A stretch of DNA of 64,000 nt from an uncultured Candidatus Saccharibacteria bacterium (lineage in GTDB: Bacteria > Patescibacteriota > Minisyncoccia > Phycocordibacterales > DSPV01): contig CAZNMD010000001.1 of NCBI GenBank assembly GCA_964574355.1, forward strand, positions 26,180 through 90,179, in the 5' to 3' direction. Positions 58,255 to 64,000 of the stretch are shown here, one piece after another. The notes beneath the pieces were generated by a model. It searched no databases. It was not told the origin of the DNA and was given only the letters and a program-made list of their open reading frames with translations. The translations under genes and the position numbers were made by a program. Within the stretch, counting starts at the first letter, position 1, and each line of letters starts with the position of its first letter.

Positions 58255-58372
58255 CCCGTTAGAAGTCAGTTAGTTATGTAATGGCATACCTAGCAAATAA
58301 TTACCAAAATCAATCTTTACTTATGTTTTCCCACAACCTACGGTCGCGTCGCGCGACCTACTTCTAACGGGA
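58254..58372. mobile_element. MITE-like element with 13-bp terminal inverted repeats between greA and lysS
   Basis: TCCCGTTAGAAGT (58254-58266) / ACTTCTAACGGGA (58360-58372); internal GGTCGCG/CGCGACC hairpin. Confidence 0.55.
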
Positions 58373-58376
58373 CACG

Positions 58377-58838
58377 TTAGTCGATACTCACTATTTTACC
58401 AGATTGTTTACCTCCTGGCGTCTGCCACGAAACCTCATCACCCTTTTTCTTCCCCATAAGTACTTCTCCAATAGGTGAGTGGGCAGAAATTTTACCACTT
58501 GAAACGTCAACTTCTTCAGAACCAACGAGCATATACTTACGTTTTTCTCCCCCAACTGACAACGTTACCACTGAACCAATACTCACCGATGACGTTTTGT
58601 GAGTATCAATAATAGAAGCATTTTTAATAAGCTCTTCGAGTTTTGCAATTCGGTCTTCGGTATTTGCCTGCAATTCACGAGCTTCGTGATACTCAGCGTT
58701 TTCTGAAAGATCCCCCAACGATTTTGCATACTCTAAACTTTCCGCTACTTCTCTGCGCTTGCGGGTTTTTAAATCTTCAAGTTCTTTTTGAAGTTCTTCA
58801 AATTTTTCTTTTGTGAAATATTCTATTGAATCAGCCAT
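58377..58838 (-). CDS. greA: Transcription elongation factor GreA
   Basis: GDLSENAEYHEA, ISAHSPIG. Confidence 0.97.
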   Translation of the reverse strand: MADSIEYFTKEKFEELQKELEDLKTRKRREVAESLEYAKSLGDLSENAEYHEARELQANTEDRIAKLEELIKNASIIDTHKTSSVSIGSVVTLSVGGEKRKYMLVGSEEVDVSSGKISAHSPIGEVLMGKKKGDEVSWQTPGGKQSGKIVSID

Positions 58839-58931
58839 ATATTATTGTTACTGCCGTCACCTGAAGGGTAACGGCATTTGGGAGCTATTGTATCACGTGC
58901 TACGTCAAGGTCAATTTACAAAAAATAGCCC

Positions 58932-60635
58932 TTATTCTTTAAGGTACTCTGGAGCTTCATCTCTAATCCATTCCATTACTTCTCGCATAGCAACAACGGC
59001 ACCATACAAGTTTGATCGTGGACCACGTTCCATAAGTACCACAAACGCATACCGCGGTTTATCATAAGGAAAATATCCTGTAACCCAGGAATTCACTTCC
59101 TCCTTCTTCGTCCCAAGCTCGGCCGTTCCAGTTTTAGCACCAATCTTTACTCCGCTAATATTAAGTGCAGCAGCTGTTCCCCGTAAAACGCCTTGCCTCA
59201 TACCCTCACGAACAATAGCAAGATCTTTTTCTGGAAGAGAGAGCGTGGTACTTGTTCCTTCGCGTAAATCATTCCCATGAGCTACAATCGTCGGCGTAAC
59301 CAATATGCCACCATTACCAATAGCGGCAACAGCCCGAACAGCTTGTATGGGAGTAACCTGAAAACCATACTGCCCAATAGACGTATTATAGGTATCTCCT
59401 AGCCGCCACGGTTCATTTGGAAACACATCTTTCTTCCACTCTGGATTAGGCACAACCCCCTCAACTCCTGAAAAAAAATCACCCGGAACCTCGGAACCAA
59501 AACCAAAACGTTTAAGACCTTCTGATACTTTATCAATACCAAGCCCTTTTTGATCTTCATACCCTCCGCCCACAGTAAAAAAATACACGTTACTAGAGAC
59601 CGCAAGAGCATCTACCATATTTACCCATCCATGCGCCTTCCAGTCACGAAAAATGGTGGGCAATGTTGGATTATAAGGATTTGGAATAGAGATTGAGCCA
59701 GTTGAAAGAATCTCTTTGGTTGGAGAAATAGTTCCGTATTGCAAAGCGGTCAATGCAACATACGGCTTTACAATTGAACCAGGTGTATACAAACCATTAA
59801 CAGCTCGATTTAAAAAGGGCGAACGAAGGTCATCATTATATTTTTTAATTGCACTCGTATTTGTGGCCAGAGCCATGATTGCTGGAGAAAATTCAGGATA
59901 ACTCGTTAACGCAACAACTTCTCCCGTTTGAATATCCATAATAATCCCCGCCCCACCACGAAAACCAACTCGCTCACCTAAATCATGAATTGATTGATAC
60001 AGTTTATTTGTCAGCTTTGCATCAATCGAAAGAACAACTGATCGACCATCTTGGGGTGGCGTAAAAACACTCTCAGACTGAATCTCTCCATGAACATCAG
60101 TTTCTACTAATTTTTGACCATTTGTTCCTGTTAAAAAAGAATCGAAGAAAAGCTCAGCCCCACTTCCTCCAACATACGAAAGAGAATAATACCGACCAGA
60201 CGTATCACGCTTAGGAGGGCGAGCATAACCAACAACATGAGCAAGTCCTGGTAAAGCAAAATATGTTCGTGGAGTAAAATCTTCCCCGGCTTTTGGAATA
60301 TCATTCCAAGCCAAAAGTTCTTCATTTCTATCAAAAATAACCCCCCTATTTGCAAAGGCGGTATATTCACGAAGCCGATTACTACGACTCAATTCTTCGT
60401 ACGAATCACCACGAACAATTTCTAACGTATAGATTCTAAACGTGAAAACAGCAAAAACAATAAAAGAAATTCCCGCAACAAAAAAGACAGCGAAGCGCGA
60501 GATAGGCTTCTCGATTCTTCCTTCGAACCGTTCAGTTTCAAATTGGGGAAGATTTCTAGCATCAATCAAAACCTCATCGGGATTTATTTCACCACTTTGT
60601 CTTTTGCGTGATTTTAAAAATCTAAAAAACCTCAT
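58932..60635 (-). CDS. mrdA: Penicillin-binding protein 2
   Basis: NRGVIFDRN, YTPGSIVK, SSNVYF, KTGTAE; downstream of mreBCD. Confidence 0.92.
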   Translation of the reverse strand: MRFFRFLKSRKRQSGEINPDEVLIDARNLPQFETERFEGRIEKPISRFAVFFVAGISFIVFAVFTFRIYTLEIVRGDSYEELSRSNRLREYTAFANRGVIFDRNEELLAWNDIPKAGEDFTPRTYFALPGLAHVVGYARPPKRDTSGRYYSLSYVGGSGAELFFDSFLTGTNGQKLVETDVHGEIQSESVFTPPQDGRSVVLSIDAKLTNKLYQSIHDLGERVGFRGGAGIIMDIQTGEVVALTSYPEFSPAIMALATNTSAIKKYNDDLRSPFLNRAVNGLYTPGSIVKPYVALTALQYGTISPTKEILSTGSISIPNPYNPTLPTIFRDWKAHGWVNMVDALAVSSNVYFFTVGGGYEDQKGLGIDKVSEGLKRFGFGSEVPGDFFSGVEGVVPNPEWKKDVFPNEPWRLGDTYNTSIGQYGFQVTPIQAVRAVAAIGNGGILVTPTIVAHGNDLREGTSTTLSLPEKDLAIVREGMRQGVLRGTAAALNISGVKIGAKTGTAELGTKKEEVNSWVTGYFPYDKPRYAFVVLMERGPRSNLYGAVVAMREVMEWIRDEAPEYLKE

Positions 60636-60644
60636 ATACCCACA

Positions 60645-60950
60645 TTAAAAAGAATCTCCTTTTTTAATACGCAAACGCTTTCGCACAAACAAACCCGCAA
60701 ACAAAAAAATGACAGCACCGATTGTCATGAGCGCATCAATACCCATAACATGGCGATAAGGAACACTATAGAGTGCATCATGAATAATTGAAACAATCAC
60801 ACCCTCAACAAACCAAGAAAAACAAAAAGAAGAAACGATCACAAAACTCACAAAAAGCCACCACGGTCCATACAGTGCGGCAATAAATATGACACCGTCA
60901 ACAATACATCGAAGAAAAACTATGTGCGATTTGGACAATGTCTCATTCAT
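60645..60950 (-). CDS. Small membrane protein in the MreD position (divergent MreD-like)
   Basis: Three to four TMs; lies between mreC and mrdA. Confidence 0.6.
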   Translation of the reverse strand: MNETLSKSHIVFLRCIVDGVIFIAALYGPWWLFVSFVIVSSFCFSWFVEGVIVSIIHDALYSVPYRHVMGIDALMTIGAVIFLFAGLFVRKRLRIKKGDSF

Positions 60951-61781
60951 TTATTTTGATGCTTTTGACTCATCAGGAAGACTTCGCGCGGGCACAATTT
61001 CAACAAAACCTAATTCATTCATATTAGCAGCAGGACGAATAATCAATGTTTTTAATGATCCAGCCGATTGCGTACCAATTGTTTCAACAGTCCCAACAAC
61101 CAGAACGTTTTCACCAGAAAGTCGCACAGGAGAACCTATTTCAACTTCTAAATCCTTTGGTACAGTAGCATGAATAACACCACCACCCGCACCATACGCG
61201 TCAACTGTCTGATTTCCTTTTAGCACAACGGCGTGAACTTCTCCGCTACTAGAAAAAAGTACCGCTCGAGACAATGATGAATATACTGTTTCAATTATTC
61301 CAAGGGCAATACCACCAGGAGACATCACAATACTTCCCTTTGTAATACCTTGTTTTGTACCAGCGTCAAGAATAATACTGTCATACAGAGAAGTTGGCGG
61401 TTTTGCCAAAACAAACGCCCTCACACCTTCATCATGAGAAATAGTATTGAAACCGCCTCTCAATTCTTTAATATCCTCAAGAAGAGCTGAAATAATAATA
61501 TCTTTCCCTCTTTCTTCTGCGATACGTTGTTTCAATTTTTGATTTTCAATAAAAAGAGAAGATTTTAAACTAACTGTACCAAAAAAACTTATAACCGTAT
61601 CGAGAACAAGTCCGCGGCCCTCAAGTGCAGGCTTAGCAAAAGAAACAATAGGATTAGCAACCTTATCAATGACTGTAAATTTTATAACCACAAAAAAAAG
61701 GACGACACACAAAAGAAACACCACCCAGAAAGGCAGCGAACGTCTTCCTCTTTCTCTAAAGAGATCCCTTTTCATCATCAC
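60951..61781 (-). CDS. mreC: Rod shape-determining protein MreC
   Basis: TM, ENQKLK coiled coil, YDSIILDAG..QGI, ALGII; follows mreB. Confidence 0.9.
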   Translation of the reverse strand: MMMKRDLFRERGRRSLPFWVVFLLCVVLFFVVIKFTVIDKVANPIVSFAKPALEGRGLVLDTVISFFGTVSLKSSLFIENQKLKQRIAEERGKDIIISALLEDIKELRGGFNTISHDEGVRAFVLAKPPTSLYDSIILDAGTKQGITKGSIVMSPGGIALGIIETVYSSLSRAVLFSSSGEVHAVVLKGNQTVDAYGAGGGVIHATVPKDLEVEIGSPVRLSGENVLVVGTVETIGTQSAGSLKTLIIRPAANMNELGFVEIVPARSLPDESKASK

Positions 61782-62817
61782 TCGTCAAAAGAATGTCCTT
61801 ATGACGGACCAAATCTTCAAGAATAATACCCGTACCACGAGCAACTGCCGTCAGTGGATCCTCAGCAACATGAACAGGAATATGAGTGTACTCATGAAGC
61901 GCTTGCGGCAATCCGCGAAGCAATGCCCCTCCACCAACAAGATAAATTCCGCGCTGCATGACGTCAGAAATAACCTCAGGAGGAGTTGTTTCGATGACTT
62001 CCTTAACAGACTCCAAAAACACTTCCATCGATTGACCAATCGCCTCTCGAATATCACCATCCGTAATAACAACTTCTCGAGGTAAACCACTGACTAAATC
62101 ACGACCTTTCATAGAAGCTTCCATTGGTGTATCACCGGGTAAAACTGACCCAATTCCTATTTTTAAATCCTCAGCGGTTTTTTCACCAATCAAAATTTTA
62201 AATTCGCTACGAATATACGACATGATATCTGTATTGAGTCGGTCGCCGGCAATTTTCAAATTTTTTGAACGAACAATACCACCCATCGATATAATGGCGA
62301 TATCAGTCGTTCCACCACCAATATCAATAATCATGCTGCCAACCGGCTCATGAATCGGTAACTTAATACCAACAGCAGCAGCCATAGGCTCTTCAACAAT
62401 GTATACCTCTCGAGCGCCAGTATTACGAGTTGCATCACGAACCGCTCGAACTTCAACGTTTGTCACCCCTGAAGGAACACCCACAACAACCCGCGGTCCA
62501 AAAATCTTTTTTGCTTTTTCTTCAGCTCGTCTAATAAGATAGGCAATCATTTCTTCGGTTACTTCAAAATCAGAAATAACCCCATCAACAACCGGACGAA
62601 CCGCACGAATATGTGCAGGTGTGCGCCCGAGCATTGCTTTTGCCTGTCTTCCAACCGCAACAACTCGGCCGGTTTTATCGTTCACAGCAACCACAGACGG
62701 CTCATTAACAACAATACCCTGTCCTTTTACATAGACGAGCGTATTAGCTGTACCAAGATCGATTCCAATATCATTCGACCATATACCTTGAATTTTTTTC
62801 TGGAGCTTTGAGAGCAT
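61756..62817 (-). CDS. mreB: Actin-like protein MreB
   Basis: GIDLGTANT, NEPSVVA, EEPMAAA, DIGGGTTD, GGGALL. Confidence 0.98.
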   Translation of the reverse strand: MLSKLQKKIQGIWSNDIGIDLGTANTLVYVKGQGIVVNEPSVVAVNDKTGRVVAVGRQAKAMLGRTPAHIRAVRPVVDGVISDFEVTEEMIAYLIRRAEEKAKKIFGPRVVVGVPSGVTNVEVRAVRDATRNTGAREVYIVEEPMAAAVGIKLPIHEPVGSMIIDIGGGTTDIAIISMGGIVRSKNLKIAGDRLNTDIMSYIRSEFKILIGEKTAEDLKIGIGSVLPGDTPMEASMKGRDLVSGLPREVVITDGDIREAIGQSMEVFLESVKEVIETTPPEVISDVMQRGIYLVGGGALLRGLPQALHEYTHIPVHVAEDPLTAVARGTGIILEDLVRHKDILLTSDDEKGSL

Positions 62818-62829
62818 GACAGAAGCAGT

Positions 62830-64000
62830 CTATGCTGTATTGCGAAGACCTGCAATCACCGCAGAAAGCGCTTCTCCAAGGGAAACAAGCTCGACTGAAT
62901 TGTTACCCCGACCACGAATTTCAATCTGTTTTTCAAGAAGTGTTTTTTTACTGATAACCACCTGAACCGGAATACCAATCAAATCAGCATCAGCAAATTT
63001 TTCACCCGGACGACCTGCGCGATCATCAATAAGAACTTCAACACCTTTTTTATGTAACTGTTCATACAATACTTCTGCTTCTTTCATCACATCAGCATCA
63101 TCAACTTGCAATGGTAAAACATGCACAGCAAAGGGTGCGACCGCTTTCGGCCAAACAATACCCTTTGAGTCAGACATGACTTCAACAATCGTACCCATCA
63201 AACGACCAGGCCCAATTCCATAACTCCCCATGACCACAGGAATATCTTTACCCGCCTCGTCTTTATAGGTAAGTTTCAGCGGCTCTGAAAAACGCGTACC
63301 GAGAGAAAAAATATTTCCAACTTCAACTGCCTTCTTTTCTACTAATTCCTCACGCTTAACACCTAGATCTTTTAACACCTCATCAATGAGCACTTCTTTA
63401 TTTATCGCAATCTTTTTCTTCTCATCAACATAAATAATATCCTCACCAGCATCAGTGATCGTCTGAAATTCGTGACTAAATTTTGAAAATAATCCGCCAG
63501 ACGCAAACGTGACATACGTCTTATCACCAAGCCCGACACGATTAAAAACATTTATATAAGCCTGCTTAGCTTTTTCATAAAAAGCATCATGTTCTTCTTT
63601 CGTCTTGGAGAACGAATACAAATCTTTCATCAAAAACTCTCGCCCGCGCATAATTCCGCTCTTGGCGCGTTGTTCGTTACGAAACTTCGTTTGAAATTGA
63701 TAGACATGGCGAGGTAAATCGCGATAACTGGAAATATGATCTCGCATCAAATTTGTTAGCGGATCTTCGTGCGTAAAACCTAAACCAAGTTCATTGCCGT
63801 TTTTAAGTTTTGTTTTAAACCAATTATCAACAACAGCATCATCCCAACGATTCGTTGTCTTCCACACTTCTGGGTTTTGCAAAGCGGTAAGAGAAAGTTC
63901 CACACCGCCAATAGCATTCATCTCTTCACGAATGATTTGAACAATTTTATTGAGAACAATATACCCCAACGGTAAGTAGGCATACACACCAGCCATTTCT
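62830..64000 (-). CDS. proS: Proline--tRNA ligase (5' end outside the window; no editing insertion)
   Basis: FTHED, QFQTKFRNE, RGREFLMKDLYSF, SHEF, EVGNIF, MGSYGIG, GEKFADADLIG. Confidence 0.96.
   Translation of the reverse strand, partial: EMAGVYAYLPLGYIVLNKIVQIIREEMNAIGGVELSLTALQNPEVWKTTNRWDDAVVDNWFKTKLKNGNELGLGFTHEDPLTNLMRDHISSYRDLPRHVYQFQTKFRNEQRAKSGIMRGREFLMKDLYSFSKTKEEHDAFYEKAKQAYINVFNRVGLGDKTYVTFASGGLFSKFSHEFQTITDAGEDIIYVDEKKKIAINKEVLIDEVLKDLGVKREELVEKKAVEVGNIFSLGTRFSEPLKLTYKDEAGKDIPVVMGSYGIGPGRLMGTIVEVMSDSKGIVWPKAVAPFAVHVLPLQVDDADVMKEAEVLYEQLHKKGVEVLIDDRAGRPGEKFADADLIGIPVQVVISKKTLLEKQIEIRGRGNNSVELVSLGEALSAVIAGLRNTA

Noticed and set aside
207-62811. Numerous short antisense or out-of-frame ORFs inside housekeeping genes
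   Set aside because: Shadow ORFs of well-supported genes, with no motifs or expression signals.
1-64000. CRISPR array, rRNA, tmRNA, RNase P RNA, integrase/transposase, prophage, inteins
   Set aside because: No regularly spaced repeats or recognisable signatures seen; DnaB is of normal length.
13777-64000. Seven aminoacyl-tRNA synthetases as a dedicated cluster
   Set aside because: They are dispersed on both strands; the density is plausible for a small genome.
1-64000. Alternative genetic code (UGA = Gly, as in Gracilibacteria/Absconditabacteria)
   Set aside because: Conserved genes are full length under code 11, and scpA, ftsW and cysS end at TGA.

Overview
A 64-kb chromosomal segment from a streamlined bacterium. 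It is most consistent with Patescibacteria/CPR (Parcubacteria-like); this is an inference from gene content, near absence of Shine-Dalgarno sites and the alpha2-type GlyRS. TGA is used as a stop, so the code is 11. The housekeeping backbone is grpE-dnaK-dnaJ, seven aminoacyl-tRNA synthetases (glyQS, trpS, aspS, gltX, cysS, lysS, partial proS), scpAB, cell-wall and division genes (dac, mraY, ftsW, murG, murF, mraZ-rsmH-ftsL-ftsI, mreBCD-mrdA), dnaB, recR, rmuC, greA, rpmA, rplI, rplU and tRNA-Glu(CTC). Many orphan single-gene cassettes are interspersed. Most notable: (1) a 107-aa ORF between grpE and dnaK ending in an RAP arrest-like motif, followed by mutually exclusive hairpins and a terminator, a candidate ribosome-stalling attenuator of dnaK-dnaJ; (2) a kinase / PLP alpha-oxoamine synthase / amidohydrolase / kinase / Nudix operon that resembles a small-molecule signalling (quorum-sensing-like) module; (3) a ~300-bp highly structured element on the tRNA-Glu 3' end with direct and inverted tRNA-end copies; (4) other non-coding elements: a 13-bp-TIR element at the lysS start, paired candidate TrmB operators and a structured mraZ leader. 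All calls were made by eye from motifs; no database searches or folding programs were run.
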